From NCBI GenBank assembly GCA_964016885.1, contig OZ024740.1, positions 187,116,001 through 187,180,000 of the forward strand: 64,000 nt of DNA. Direction: 5' to 3'. Made by a program: the position numbers and the translations under genes. The notes below the pieces were generated by a model, which saw only the letters and a list, made by a program, of their open reading frames with translations, was not told the DNA's origin and did not search any database. The DNA comes from Eledone cirrhosa. Its lineage: Eukaryota. Positions 26,010-40,959 of the stretch are shown here, in pieces (positions within the stretch are counted from its first letter, which is position 1; each line of letters begins with the position of its first letter).

Positions 26010-27355
26010 AAATTGAAATATTTTTTAAAAGTCAAAGTTTAGTAAAACTGTTTTTTATAGTAATACGTCTTTACTTAGAAATTTTTTAAAAAAGTTAAAG
26101 GGAAAAAAGGAAATGAAAAGAAGCAAAAGTAAAAAAAAAATTAATCAATGAAAGAAAGTCCTAGATACAGATTAAAAGAAGGAATAGTCATGTTTAGAGG
26201 ATACACTTTTGATCATAATTTTGCCTGATTGGGATTGACCTGTGGCTAAACAACACGAATTGCTCTTCTTTCCTCACTCTCACATATGTAACATTACATT
26301 TCACACTCCCTGCAGCAAATGACTGTATTGAACTTTCTCATAAATAAATAAATTGATACCTAGCTTCATCAAAAGGAATGCTCTAAGTACATCAATATAG
26401 TTTATATTTTGGCTTGTTTCACAAACTTCACATTATGAAACATTAATCTGATAACACCTTTTTTTGGCCCATTTCTAATGACATAATGTATGCTTCTATT
26501 AATGAAGAACTTGAAGGGATCTACTAAAGTTATTAATTATTTCATTATTAAAATAGTATTTGTAACATATAATTTTATTTTATATAAAATCCTGTTGAAA
26601 ATATTTAATTTAAAGAACCATTTAAAGTGGTTTGTTTTGTTTCATCGAACCAGAGACAATTTTTCCCAGGCTTGTATAAAATGGCTGAACATAATGAGGG
26701 ACATATTTGTACAATAGTGATCATATATGTAATGTATATTGTACAAAGTAAATAGCTATAATCAATAATTACTGCTAGGCACATAGTTTCTTCAAATTTT
26801 TATTAACACTCAATATAATACCAATAATTCCATTAATATATATGGTTTAATTATGAGAATGTTTCACCAAGTAACAGCTAAATGAACTGAATCATGAAAG
26901 TTAAATTAGAAAATATAATTAAGGTGTGCTGCATGAGAATATTTACAGTCGTCAATATTAATAATTATATTACGTTATGCATTACTCCACTGTACATCTT
27001 TTCCCACCATGGTGTGAATGTGTGTGATGGTACAGTGTGAGATTTACAATAAAATATAATAAAACACTCATACTAAATGTAATGTGCAATTATTATATGA
27101 AAATTGATAAAATTCTTATTAATAGTGGATTTCAACCATGTTGACTGCCCCTTATATTTTCAAATTAATAAATACACTAATGCTAATATCTCATAAATAA
27201 ATATAACACATGTTTAGATAAATACTTTATCACTACAAAATGATTAATGGCATTGTGTACAAATAAACCTACCAATGAATGCCACTCAGTAAAAGATTGT
27301 TGATACAATCAAGACTAATATAGACAAGAACAGAACATCATTTATTTTCATAAAC

Positions 27356-27407
<52 letters not shown>

Positions 27408-28457
27408 TGTATGCCATCATTATCATTTGGCAGGTTATGTTTCCAGGCAACATGTCCAGTTTTCTGTTTCACACTTCATGTGATGAACAGCAATAAATTA
27501 TATGACAGTTTATTTCAACTTTTTTTTTTTTATATTCGTTTATATATATATATATTAGTTATTATTTTCTGCTCATCACAACATTTTATTGCAGTTAACA
27601 CATCATTCAGCATTTAATATCATACTGATTACTCTAGTTTTAACTAATTTTGTATATTTTGTTTTGAAATTACAAAAATAATGTTTATATGTCTTTTGGC
27701 TTTCTTCCATATTGGCATTATACAGTATATACTCATATACTTGAATATATGCAGATTCAAATATAAGTCAACCCCTTATATCATGTCTAAGAAATAGGCA
27801 AAAATCCAAACCATTTATAAGCTGATGCAGAACATCTGCTACAGGATTTGTTTATAAGCTAGGACACTTGGTCACTGATAGATTGTTTTTTTTCTGTATT
27901 GTGGGTATTATAACATAAGAACTCCAAACTTAGCTGCTCATGTTTAAAACATTGAGCATTTTGTTAAAGAAAAGAAGGCGAATACAAGCAAGATTGAAAT
28001 ATAAAAAATACATAGTAAAACAATATACAAACCACTTTAGAAAAAAAAAATATCATTGATACATCTTAAATTGGTAGAATATTGCAGAAAATTTATTTAT
28101 GAGGGAGTGGTGGAAAATGGGATTTCAAAATGGAGTTGGTTTCTCTATTCATTTATATTAACAATTTTGTTGCTATATTTATAAGCCTGCCATATCTATT
28201 TAGAGCAAGGTGGACAGTGCTGTGCAGTACACTCAACATACTGTCAAGGAAAAACCTATGAATGAATAACCTCTTCAAATATAGTCCAATATCCTATGTA
28301 CTCAATCATTGAGACTTTGATTTCAAAATATTGCTCTATTTTATTTGTGAAAACCAGATTTAGAAACAAATATTAATTTTTATTTAATGAGGTGACATAT
28401 ATTTTAAATTCATAATACACCATGGGGTAGCCAGTGTGTGGGCCTCCATTTGCATAT

Positions 28458-28648
28458 AATAATTGTTTCTACTTTTGGCACAAGGCCAGCAATTACCCAA
28501 TGCATTACTGGTACTTTATTCTATCGACCCTGGAAGGATGAAAGGCAAAGTTAACCTCGGCGGGATTTGAACTCAGATCATACAGGGAGGTAGCTCTATG
28601 CTTCAAAGCATGGCATCCGACCCTCTACCGATACTGCCAATCCACCGC
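28458..28648 (-). mobile_element. SINE family S1, full length with target-site duplication
   Basis: Reverse complement of 9678-9868; flanked by direct repeat CCATTTGCATATAATAAT (~28446) / CCATTTGCATATAATAAT (~28648). Confidence 0.88.
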
Positions 28649-29985
28649 CATTTGCATATAATAATGAGAGATGGAGAGAGCGAGCAGGACAGTGAGAGTT
28701 TGGTTCCTTTGTGTTCAGATCTGTTGTTTATGTATATGTTTCAAGAACAATCTTCTACTGCCATTTTATATATCTTTATGGTATATTGTAAATTCATAAA
28801 GCTTTAAAAATCAATCTGTAGTGAAATAGTTACTTTGCAAGATAGTAGTCTCATTTCAATAAAGATAGTTCAATCTACTGTTTCTATATAGAATATTTTA
28901 ATATTAACTATGGCTTTTAACTGTAATATTTTGATAGTTTGTTTAATAATTTACTTTTTATCTTCAAATTACAACCAAACAACCTTTTAAAAAATTATTC
29001 CTAATTCCAGCACAAGACCACAATTTGATCGATAAAGTGTTAAACTAATGTCTTTCATTGGTATTAGAAATAAAGAAATTGGTTTTAACAAAGAATCAAA
29101 ACTTCATTTAGTTTTTAGCTTGCCAAGAGTTTCTCTCTTACTTTACAGGCCTAACCAGTTTACTTTAAATATATATGCAACTTAAATATACAAGCAACTT
29201 TAACTGCCTTGTTAATCTATTTCCTTACCTAAATTAGCTAATTTCCTTTACAGCATCATGATAAAATACCAAAAAGTATAATAATAATGATAATGATAAT
29301 AACAACAATACCCACCATATTCTCTATGAATAAAACAAAAACAAAAATGAGGGGGAAAATATCAAAATTATAGATTAAATATTTCACACAACAAAACATT
29401 GCATTTAATTTTTGTTTCTTTCTATTAATGATTATTTCACCTCAGGAATGAATATGATTATGCAAAAATAACACGTTTAACTGACATATATGAAGATTTT
29501 GCTGAATTGGTTCACTTGAAATGGTAAAATAGTTTTCAAACTCCATTTTGTAATCTGTGATTTACAACTAGCGATCAAAGTAATTTGTGAAACCATCATT
29601 GGTTTTCTACTAAAAGTAATAACAGTTTCAGTAGTAGTATTTTTTCTATGAGATTTCATACTTAAACATAGACAACATAAACATAAAGCACAAGATTAGA
29701 CAAAGAAAAAGAGCGGGTGTGAGTCAAATAGCTTCGTTAATGAATTCCGCTTTTGGCTATTAAAAATATGATCAAGACTTTTGAAAACATTTCACACATT
29801 ACAAAATATAAAAGACATACAAACAACTTTGGAAGTGCCAGTATTTAGCAATTATTTACATTTTTAACACATAGTATCTGTATGTAAAAGCAATTTAGAA
29901 TATATGTCTGTATTCTATTATTGATATTTTTTATCAAACCCATGTCAACATGGAAAATGTACTACATGCATATATCTCCATATCT

Positions 29986-30057
<72 letters not shown>

Positions 30058-30060
<3 letters not shown>

Positions 30061-30205
30061 GTTCACAACAGTTAGTTCACCATGCCGAGAAGAAATGTTT
30101 CACCTTATGCAGATCATCAGCTCGGTCTGAGTCAGACCAAACTCGTCCCATGGACTAAGTGCTCTACTACTACTACGGATATCACCCTCCAGTGTTGTAC
30201 TATTA
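30058..30205 (-). mobile_element. Mini insertion in microsatellite with hammerhead-like motif
   Basis: Minus 30125-30085: CCGAG-CTGATGA-tctgcataaggt-GAAAC-attt-CTT-CTCGG (perfect 5-bp stem I, non-canonical cleavage triplet). Confidence 0.55.
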
Positions 30206-30209
30206 TATA

Positions 30210-30246
<37 letters not shown>

Positions 30247-31684
30247 GCTCTGAAAGCATAGTAGCCAGAATATAAATAGTGCATGAAGTTGAAAATGAAG
30301 GGATTTTTCTCTGCATGTGAAGGGTATATTGTATGATGAATGCATACAATGCATGATGAAACTTTGAAAGAAAGAAGATATGCAATTGCTGGAGAGAATT
30401 GAATCAAGCTTGCTCTATTAGATATATATTGTTATGTGCTTGAAGATTGTTTCTAATTTAATCACAAGGTCAACAATTTGGTGGGAAGGGAAAGTTGATT
30501 AAACCAACCCCAGTGCATTACTGGTACTGTATTTTATCAAACTGATAAGGATGAAAGTCAAATCGAACCATGGCAGTATTTGAACCCAGAATGTAAGGGG
30601 TTGGACAAAATTCTACAAAGTGTGAATAATGATAAACAAAGTAATTCAGAGAAAAACTGTCCATAAATGAAATCAGAAGCTTGTACATAATAAATATGGA
30701 TGATGATCATTAAGTGAAGAAGTGCTAGGACTTCCAAGTGAAAGGAAACCAAAGAAGTAATGAAAGTTAACTTCAGGATGCTGAACTTCACAAGTGGAAT
30801 CTGTATTAAAAAGGACTACCTAACCTGTGCAAGCATGGAAGTGCTTGTAAAAATGGTGATGATGATAATGAGATATAACAGAAATTATATGAACTAACAT
30901 GAAACAGAAAAAGAACACTCTCCCAATGCACTCTACCATATTCTGGCCAACCATTTCACTGATTATACCAAAAGGACTTTGTGATCACATGCACACAGAT
31001 GAGCTTTTAAATATTTTACTGCTAAAACCTACTCCATAAATGTTACAATTTTTTTCTCAGAACTTTTGTCAGATATACACATATACAGGTATCTACATGT
31101 ATCTGACTCAGCTTTCAATAAATGCTATCCAATAATATTGAGAATATTTTATTTTTACTTAATAACAATTCACACCAGTGTGAACCTATAATTATGCATA
31201 TATATGTGCATCTGTGCATGTAAGCATAATTATTTGAATCTTGAAATGAGCTATAAGTAAATTACATTTTAACAATTGGTACTCCAAGCAAGTTCAGATG
31301 TTTGGTTAGATTCTAATTAGATAATCGTTTGCATATTAGATTTTTCTTAAATATATATGTATACTATATTATTAAAAAATATTCTTCCTTTAAGTAACAA
31401 TATATCTTATCCTTTTTATTTATTTATATTGTTTTTCAGATAATTTGTCCTTGCATCCTCATAAAAATTATGGGTAATATGGTTATTACATTTGGAAAAA
31501 AATAATCTAGGATAAATAGAGCTAAACCTTGGATGTTAGCAAAGCATTTGCTCTCCTTAGATGTGATTTTGATAAAGCAACCCAAAAGTCATTCCAACAT
31601 AAAAGGAAGATTTTATTTGTAAATTTATTTATAATCAGTTGAAAGTCACTCAGAGATACCCTCCAGTTTTGAGCCCAGACATAC

Positions 31685-31945
31685 TCTCCATTCCCTGTCT
31701 CTGCCTTTTTTACTGCTATTATAATTGCCTCTGCTCCTCAGCAATGGCTGGTCTCATGGCATCACTATTTACTCTATTTAGGTACTTCTGACTAACATGC
31801 TCTGCAAACTCTTCAAATTTCACTCCAGCCAGCATGCTTTGTCCTTCCTGTCCAGAATGTTGGCCTTCTGTAATTCTCTACCTGCCCATGTTTTTTATTA
31901 CATGTGTTAACCTGCAACTGTTTACACAAAACATCAATTCAGTTA
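31685..31945 (+). mobile_element. Decayed CR1/L2-group LINE 3' end
   Basis: Fragmented translation resembling SLSLFY.Y...CS...SF..R....NSLP..VF...NL..F...IN. Confidence 0.45.
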
Positions 31946-33867
31946 ATTATAACTATCAAAGAAGCCTTCGTGTGGTTACCTGACTGGCTAGAAATAAAGA
32001 AATATCCTCAGAATTCCCTCAAATAACACAATTTCTTCTTAAATATATAAAAGACACATTGAAAAATACAGCCTTAGATATAAAAAGAGATGGAAATGTC
32101 ACTACTGAATTTCCTTTGAATTGTCACTACTGAATTTCCTGCTCAATCAGGGGTTGACATGGGGCAAAACAATAATAAATGTAATAAATTTTCATATAAA
32201 CTTTTTAGTCAGCAAGTATCAGGTGTATCAAAGAGAGTTTCAAAATAAGTTCATCAAGGAAGAAACTGCAATGCATATGATGTTGTAGGACCTTCCAAGG
32301 TCGTGCCCAGCTTAAACATGTGTAGCTTAATGGTTGAAGGAAAGGAAGGAATATGCAGTGGGGAATAGTTCCGGAAAAGAAGAACTGGGCAAATTATTTT
32401 ACATGGTGTCAGGTATGTCTGTGTTATAGAGATGACAGATGGATGATTAGCTTATGGATAGTGCATGCAACTATCAGCTATATAATGCTGTTGTAAGTAA
32501 TATTGATTAGTATGGGATTTAAAGGGTGTTCTACCTGCTACTGATCGCATGTAACCCAGTTCAACCTGCTTCAGGGTTGAGTGGTCGGTGATTAAACTGG
32601 CTCCCTCAGCAGACCCTAGTTTGGTGAAGAAGGTACAAAAATCAGCAGTACAAAAACCAAGAGCTATAAAAAGGGCACATAATGTCCTCAGAGTCAACGG
32701 CCATCCACACCAACTATGAGTTGAATAGTTTCTCCAACTCGCAATTGGCCAAGTATGGTGAGTACAGCTACACCCCTGAAGGCATGACCAAAACTAAACA
32801 GAAATCGGTAGAGATCAACTAGAGAATGTTTCCTTCAACAGGAATGAGAAAGCCCTGGATATGATTGAATAAAAGAGATGAAACACAAATGACATATCAT
32901 GTGGGAGCAACATGTGGGTGTAGAAGAGTATACTTCACAGGCAGAAGTCATCAGAGGAGTAGAGACCTTCATTGTAGTCCTAGAAAGTATCAAAATAAGT
33001 GACATAAGCCAAAGATTTTAAGTATTCTAGATATTTAGGTGTACTTCAATATACAGAATACAATGTCATAACCCAGACTCACAATAAAAAAATCAATAGA
33101 TATGAACCAGTAATTTTTAAAATAATCCACTTAATCATTTATCCTCAATGTATGTCAAGAAAAAAGATAATGTGACAGAAAAAAATTCACCAAAATTGAT
33201 GAAATAAAATGGTGACATTAAAAATAGAATTATACCACAAGGAAAGATATGTTGGTTACTAGGAGATAGTTTAACATATTATATGTTACATACCATAAAA
33301 GGGAAAGTTTTACTACTCTTTCTTCCAATAATTCTAAGTGTTCTATATATAAAGTTTTAATTGGTGCCATTGAAGATGCTAAAGAATTTTATATTTCACT
33401 AAAGGGAAATGAAATATATGTCTATCTCTCTCTCTCTCTCTGAGGGTGTAAACACTCATGGAGAAAGGAGACATGAAACTGAGAGGAGAACCTAATGTGC
33501 AAATGGTTGATCTACAAAACAGTATTGGCCTACAGACAATAAAACAAGAAACAACAAAACAACAATAACATCGACAACAACAAATAATAATAACAATATA
33601 AAAACAAGATCACCCAACGAGCTTTTTTCCCCACTCACTATGAGTTTTCTTTTATCAGATTATGTGTTAAATAATAAAAAAAAAATCATGTATATATACG
33701 TTGCTTCTGTGAACAAAATATTTATTGATTGATTCATAGGGATATATCTAACATACATATACATATATATGATATACATACATATACACACACACATACA
33801 CACATATATATATATATATATATAAATATATATATATATACATATATAATATACATACATTATTCAT

Positions 33868-33899
<32 letters not shown>

Positions 33900-33903
33900 T
33901 CAT

Positions 33904-33962
<59 letters not shown>

Positions 33963-34156
33963 CTATCTCAATAGATTTATAGCATGCTTTTTATCTTTAT
34001 TGCATCATACCAACACACATTTTTATATATATCCTCTTTCTTGTAAAAATGAAAACAAACAATAATGTAGTAAAAGAATTTTAAAGAGAAATACTTAATT
34101 GATTTTGCTTTAACATGAAAAAGAGCATCACAATTAATAGAAAGACAACATCCATA

Positions 34157-34194
<38 letters not shown>

Positions 34195-34268
34195 CAACAA
34201 TAATAATTGCTTTTATTATTAATGATAACAAGAATAAAAAGAATAACAACAATCAATGAACATCTCAC

Positions 34269-34292
34269 AATGTCCATGGTAACTTAGATTTG
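34269..34292 (-). other. Candidate 24-nt micro-exon (phase 2-2)
   Basis: ttttctgtccttcttgattccag|C AAA TCT AAG TTA CCA TGG ACA TT|gtgaga. Confidence 0.3.
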
Positions 34293-34958
34293 CTGGAATC
34301 AAGAAGGACAGAAAATGATGCTGTTTGTGCACCATTCAAAGGGGCTCTGAGTGCTGTAAATGTAGCAAGAATTTCTATGGGGAATAAGAAAGCAGGTCAG
34401 GGGAAAAATCAGAACGCTGAGAACAACTTATTACTCTACTTTTGTGTCTACTGCATATTAATAACAATAATAATAGGATTACTAATGATGCTAATGAAAT
34501 AATAAGAATCATGTTCACCATGATCATGATGATGATCATCATCGTCATATTGGAATGATTATTTCATTAGGAAATTCATCAGTAATTAGACAAATGATAA
34601 TAAAAATATAATTAATGACAAGCTATATATATATATATATATATATTCTCATTAATATATGTATACACACATAACAAATAACCAATATATGTGTGTGTGG
34701 TATATATGTATATATATATATGTGTGTGTGTCTGCTGAATATATATATATATATATGTATGTATATGTAAATCATTTTTCTCTTTTGCCTATGATGTTTC
34801 TTGTTCATTGAAACATAATTATTGTGCTTCAATTACTTGCGGGTAATAAATCAATACGTTACAATTGGCGAACACATTTTCCTCACTCATCTAAAACTAC
34901 TTGTACTCATAAAAGTGATCACGTATTTTAAGTAGAAGCTTGGCTTGCTCTAGCTTAC

Positions 34959-35011
34959 TTCTTTATCTGATTGATGGAAGTCAACATTCTCCCGGCATTA
35001 CCGCTTGCCAT
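34959..35011 (-). CDS. Candidate first coding exon (MASGNAGRMLTSINQIK, ends in phase 2)
   Basis: aaaagcATGG start context and AAGAA|gtaagc donor in a non-repetitive CpG-containing patch; no homology recognised. Confidence 0.3.
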
Positions 35012-36479
35012 GCTTTTGATGGTGCGATTATGAATAGCAGTAGATAGACTAATAATATGGGAATCAATGCAATTAGCGAAATATTAAATAATTATATTAC
35101 CATTGAACAATGAAAGATTTTTTACAATATATATATATTTTTGCAAAACTTAGTTTCAGGAGAATGATAAAGATCTTATATAATAAATAATGTAATGCAT
35201 ATGATATGTGCTGCTGCATTGTTTGAAAGATTTCCGTGAGCTCATGTGTGGGCAATGTGGATTCAATTCCCTTCTTCTTCACCCACATATTCCTGATGGA
35301 GGGCATAGAGGCAGAATTCTCACAATTGTTATAATTTACACATTTTCCTATGTTTTATTTCTATATACTATGTACACCAAGTCGTGTTTTTGACTGTTTT
35401 CCCTTATTCTACTTGTATCATTTTTTACATATGTTTATGTGTGCAGATATGCATAGCTATATATGTGTATGTCTATGGATATTTCCTGCAACTTAGTGAT
35501 TTCACTCAAAAAATTCAATAAAATAAGTATTAGACTCAAATCAATATGATCAACTAAATACCTTTAAGACCCAGCATGGCTAAAACTAATAAAAATGTTT
35601 TAAGTGTGTGTATCTATGTATTTATTATCTATTCAGTTTCTTGCAACATAGCTGTGAAGTTTCGGTAATGCAAGCTGGTTATTCAATGAGCATCTTCAAC
35701 GAACAACCAGCTAACTCTGGTGAAAGATTACAGCTTTGTTCTAAAAAATTGAATAAATAAAATTATATACATTATTAACATTATTGACTTCTGCCTCTTT
35801 TTGCTGACTACCAATACCAAGGTCACTAGATCTGAACATATTGTAAACACACACACATACATATATATATATATAAGTGATTATAATGGAGTATTCTACT
35901 ATTACTTTTGTTAAGGTTGAGAGAAGCTCAATGCACACTCTAAGACTACAGCACATTAGGAATTCAAAATGGACAAAATATTCTTTGACAGTTAAAGTTC
36001 TTGCTGTTGCGGACAATTTCTTGTGGCAAACTGGAGTTTGCTGTGAAAAACATAATTTCAAATGCTTAATACTGCCAAAGGTATATGATGTCAGCCACTT
36101 CCAATCTCCACTTATATTTGAACATCAAACATGAGTAATAATAATAATAATTATGTATGTTTCCTACATATTATATATTATTATATATATTCCTACATAT
36201 TACATATTATTATCGCAGACTCTGAACTAATTTCACTTCATTCCCACTTTTCACACTTCTCTATATGTATATTATTTTATTATTTAACCATCAATGAATA
36301 TTCTTCTATTACAAATAATAATAGTAGTATCAATAACAATGATGTAATGCCGTTTATCTCAACCTTAAAACACAATCTTGTACAACTTTGCATATTAAAC
36401 CTGCTTCCTGTATGTTCTTTCTTATATGCTTGCCAATGTCCAACATTTGATATTGTGTCTGTCCTTGCAATGGAGACCT

Positions 36480-37012
36480 GACCCCAGAGATCAACTGTAG
36501 ATGTAGCCTGGCTGCTGGTGTCTGATACTCCCTATAGAAGTCCCTTTGGCACCAATGCTCAATCTCTGACAAGATGAAACTCTGTATTTACAATGCATTC
36601 TCCTCTATGGAGCAAAAATGTAGACCCCCCCCCCCCCACAAAGAACCCAGCAAAGAGGATCGACAAGTTCAATAGCAGAACCCTAAAGACCATCAAAAAC
36701 ATCAGATGGGACCACCATGTTTCCAACAAGGTGTTGTGTGTGCACATGCATCAGCCCACAGCTTCCCATATCATAGCTATCTGCCACATGCATTGGTACA
36801 GACATGCCCGCTGCTTTCCACCAGAGCCAAACTCTCGTTCGATGTAGCATCTACAAGCTGGAAGATGCCCTACGTCAGGCCCCGCACCAGATGATATCAT
36901 TAGGGTAGATCTCTGTGAGCTCAACATCACCGTGGAGGATGCAGAGGAGCTGGCATGGGACCACCAGTAATGGAGGGCAGTGGTGGACCTGGCCATCTCT
37001 ATGCACAATGAT
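36480..37012 (+). mobile_element. RTE LINE RT C-terminal/3' fragment
   Basis: Frameshifted pieces LYRSPFG, TR*NSVF, RIDKFNSRTLKTIKNIRWDHHVSNKVL, MHWYRH and RPRTR typical of RTE C-termini. Confidence 0.75.
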
Positions 37013-38719
37013 GCTTTGGGATCGCTGGCTTAGGAAGTGAACTTTATCCCTTTTTATAATTCCCAATTATATGCAGATCTTATATGTAGTATCTTTTGTG
37101 TAAATAATTGCTACTTTACTGTTTCTAATTAACTTATTATATTCATATACATGTACCAGTATTACCTGTATAGAAACGTATGTAGAAATTAATTCTAAAT
37201 ATATATATATGTTTATATGCATGCATTCATTTGTATGTGAATCTGTGTATCTTTATGAATATATATATATATATATATATAATACACATGGCCATACATA
37301 TTTGTAGCTTTAGCTAGTTTCTTACATTTGGAATTCAGTAATATACAATTATTACACCAAACCGAATGTCATGCATTTAGTTAAACAGATTCAGTTCAAT
37401 TCTATTGTCAACTTTTGCCTTCCAAGGCTGATACAACAAGTATTTTAAATATATTGGCATCAAATCAAGCTCGTATATCTTCTCTTTACAAAAATAATCG
37501 TTTTTGTACTTGAGCGCAACCACATATATAATTTGTAAATTTCTTCCTCCCTTGAACAATGCAGTTGAAATCATTTCTCTGCAATAAGATGCATTTGTGT
37601 AAATATCTATTTGATAACATACATTGCAAAGAGATTAGTTTTTCTCTTGCTGACTCATAATATGAAATAATCGTTATCAAGCTTAACTTATTGGTGATAC
37701 ATTATGTTCCAAGATGTTTCCAAGAGAAATTGTTGAAGAGAATTAGAATACATTTCAAAAGCCTACCACAACTCAAACTACTAGCTCATATTTACTGTCT
37801 ATAAGGATACTAGCTGATGCTTACATCTGTATGAAAACATCCAATTTATCAATAGCACGTATTATCTGTGTAAGATAAAAATTTGACTGAAAAAAGTCTG
37901 CTTTAAGGAAAAGACTTTATATGATATTTCCGAAATATAGTAAAATTCTCAGCAAAACCAAATAATATTGGAAATGTAATATGCCATAGAATATTTACAC
38001 TGTTTTTATATCAATTACAATTCAGTAGCTTGAGTCCTTAAGGCTGTCTGTGTTCAACTTTGTTTGGAAATTCCTGCAAAGGCAATGATGCAAAGCTGTA
38101 TCATGGGTGGCAGATTTAATCCATTTCCAAGTTTAACATCACCCCCAGTGAGAGCCTTTAGCAGATTCAATTCATTTTCAAGATTTCAGACTAGGCCGGT
38201 CTGATGATGGCTTCTTCCTACCAGTCTTAGATACCCTGATGAAGGTCATGTGTGCTGCTTTTCCTCATCTAAACAATTTTTAAAAAGTAGTCTGAAGGAA
38301 AGCATAGATAGAAGGGGGATACCAGGAGCATATTACTGGAGAAAGAGGTTATAGGGATTTAATATTGTACAAATACAGGGTCTTGGTTATAATACAAAGT
38401 GGGACAATGCGAGAAGTAGGAATGGGAGGGGAATCAGTGAGATTAGGTGGAGTTAATACATGGATCTTGATACTACACAGAGAAAAGAAAAGTTTAGAAA
38501 AGAAAATGTAACATGAAGCTTGAAAGTAAAAAGTGGTTGTTGTAGTATGTTGTTTAATAAAGAAAATACATTAAATTCGTGTTGTCTTCCTCCTGCTGCC
38601 AATGTGCATCATAGGATATTCAAAACTGTTATTGTTGGTAGCAGAGCACTATATAATTGATTTTTAACATGGGCATAAGGTTTCATTTGAGACAGTAAAG
38701 TCGGTTGGCTACCTGGTAG

Positions 38720-39070
38720 CATGGTACAAAGTAAAGGGTAAATAGGCCCCTTCAGTTACAATTGACCATGGGATTTGCACCTAGAAAGTTCCCCCCTCTG
38801 AAGCACGAGTTGGAGTTGGGCAATGTTTTTTGTGAAAGACTAGTAGTTGTTCATACATACCAATCTACCATGCTACTGATGTTGTTCAAGTGAAAGGCAG
38901 TGGTCCATACAGCTTGGCATCAGTGACATCACAAATCATTTCTACAGTTGAATGAAGTGTAATAACATGAAATAAAGTGTCTTGCACAAAGATAATAGGA
39001 TTCTCATAGTTCGAGATTGAACTCACAACCTCATGGTTGCAAGCCCAATGCTCTAACCACTAAGCCATTT
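38720..39070 (-). mobile_element. tRNA-derived SINE
   Basis: Head TGGCTTAGTGGTTAGAGCATTGGGCTTGCAACC..GTGAGTTCAAT on the minus strand near 39010-39068. Confidence 0.65.
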
Positions 39071-39229
39071 AACTGAGTAATTCTGTAAGCCTCTGTGTGC
39101 TACTGAATGAAATTAGAGAGACATTTTCTCATTGCAGAATGTTTTTGAGGTATGATCATAGAAGATCTTTATATCATGTCTGTTGAGTGGTGATGATTTT
39201 TGTAGTCTTTGCTATTGTTTAACTTCATC

Positions 39230-39720
39230 TTAGCCCTGATCGAGAAGACATATGATCAAAGGCATTCCAACCATGTCCATCCTGTTCTTTTTCCGTATTT
39301 CAAGAACGATACTGTCCAATATTTTACTCCATTTCTTTTTAATGGTTAAGAGAAATTTTGTTATTACATCTAGCAGGTTGAGTGATAATATAGAAGCTCC
39401 CTCATTAGTTTGGTAATGAGTGTGTTTCAATGAAGTATACATATATGTAAAGAAAATTGTAATGCATTTCTTCATCTAGTGATCATTATCCATGCGCATC
39501 ACATATCCGTACCGATGCAGTCTTCTCTCTTGTGCTCCCCTTTGGATTCCTCTTAAACCCAGTTTCTCCCTCAGTTCAACCAAGGTCTGCCTTTCTCTCA
39601 CATTTACATTGCATATCCAATGAAGCATGGTAGCTTCATGTCTCTACAGTCTACACATGTCCTCTGCAGTCACTGCCCATGTTTCATTACCTTACAGCAT
39701 TGCATTTCACACATAGGTAT
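39230..39720 (-). mobile_element. RTE LINE 3' fragment, decayed
   Basis: Minus strand has remnants RL.RYGYVMRMDND and LHWICNV similar to the RTE at 60393-61120. Confidence 0.6.
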
Positions 39721-40793
39721 CATACAGCCATCTTTTTGTATGCAGGGAGAAATCTTTTGGTTTAATAAAATCAAAACAATTACAGAAGTCAATAAATTTA
39801 ATAATTCTTCCCCTGACACAATTTGGGGCCTTGTTCCACAATCAATTCATTGATAATAGTTTCTATTAACTATGATAATAGTTTCTAACGAAGGTAGAAG
39901 AGCAGAAACTAGGCGGTGGGCTGTTGATTAAATGAACCCTGGAAGCAAAACTGACTTCTATGGGATTTGAACTCAGAATATATACATTGGATCAAATACC
40001 ATGAGGTCTGATGATCTACTAATTCTAACTCCAATAGATGTTATCAGGAATGAGCAGAATTTATAGCTAAAAGGGGTGTCTCACATACCAAACATGTTTG
40101 AAAGTTTCTTTAGTGTGTCTCATGTCAAGGGCAACAACTTTGCTTTTACAGAAATTGTTAAAAGCACAAGATCACTAATGTGTGATATAGGATAGAAAAT
40201 CTCTAGAGGATCTGTTTTGTTAGTTTTATATGATATTGAAAATATTAACAGATGAATTTTCATATTTATATTATATATAACCATAAGCCATTGAATGACA
40301 GGAGACTCAACGTGCATGACGTTAAGATCAGCACAATTTACTTCTGGTTAATAATATGTACATCACAGAATGAGAATATCTGAGATAACACACTTTTGAC
40401 GTATCATTTTTTTTATGCTCAAGAGTATAGCTTTAATGATAAACTAAGTCAATTATAAAATTTAACTCTTAACTATATTTGCTGTACTATTTTGTAACAA
40501 GCAATTATGGAGCATTCAATCTGTAAGTGTGTGTGACAATCTATTTCTGAAAGATAGTGATAGATTATTTCCATTTTTATTATTTTTATGTGGATGAGAG
40601 ACCAGTGTTTCTGTTAGAAGAATTGAATTCAAAACTTTAAATCAACAGATTATTTCTCAATTCTGCAGTGGTGTCTTTTCTTACAAGACTAACTCGACCT
40701 GCAATTACACCCTAAGTGCAGGGCCAGATTTGTTGGGGAGGCACTGGACAACCTGCATCAAACAGAGCACCTTCTTCTCTCTCTCTTCCAACT

Positions 40794-40850
<57 letters not shown>

Positions 40851-40856
<6 letters not shown>

Positions 40857-40959
40857 GTTTTGGAAGCTTCAACAATGCAGATTTATCTGCATTGTTGAGG
40901 CTTCCAAAACGACTATTTTTATTATTCCATGATGCTTCAAGCAGACTTCATCACTTTCT

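Noticed and set aside
29440-29760. Unique segment with a minus-strand donor-like site and a 60-aa ORF
   Set aside because: All frames are closed before the donor and there is no homology; could be a UTR exon but unsupported
38195-38260. Isolated CTGATGA boxes (also ~23533, ~40009 and ~42444)
   Set aside because: No downstream GAAAC with closing stems; 42444 is part of a SINE domain
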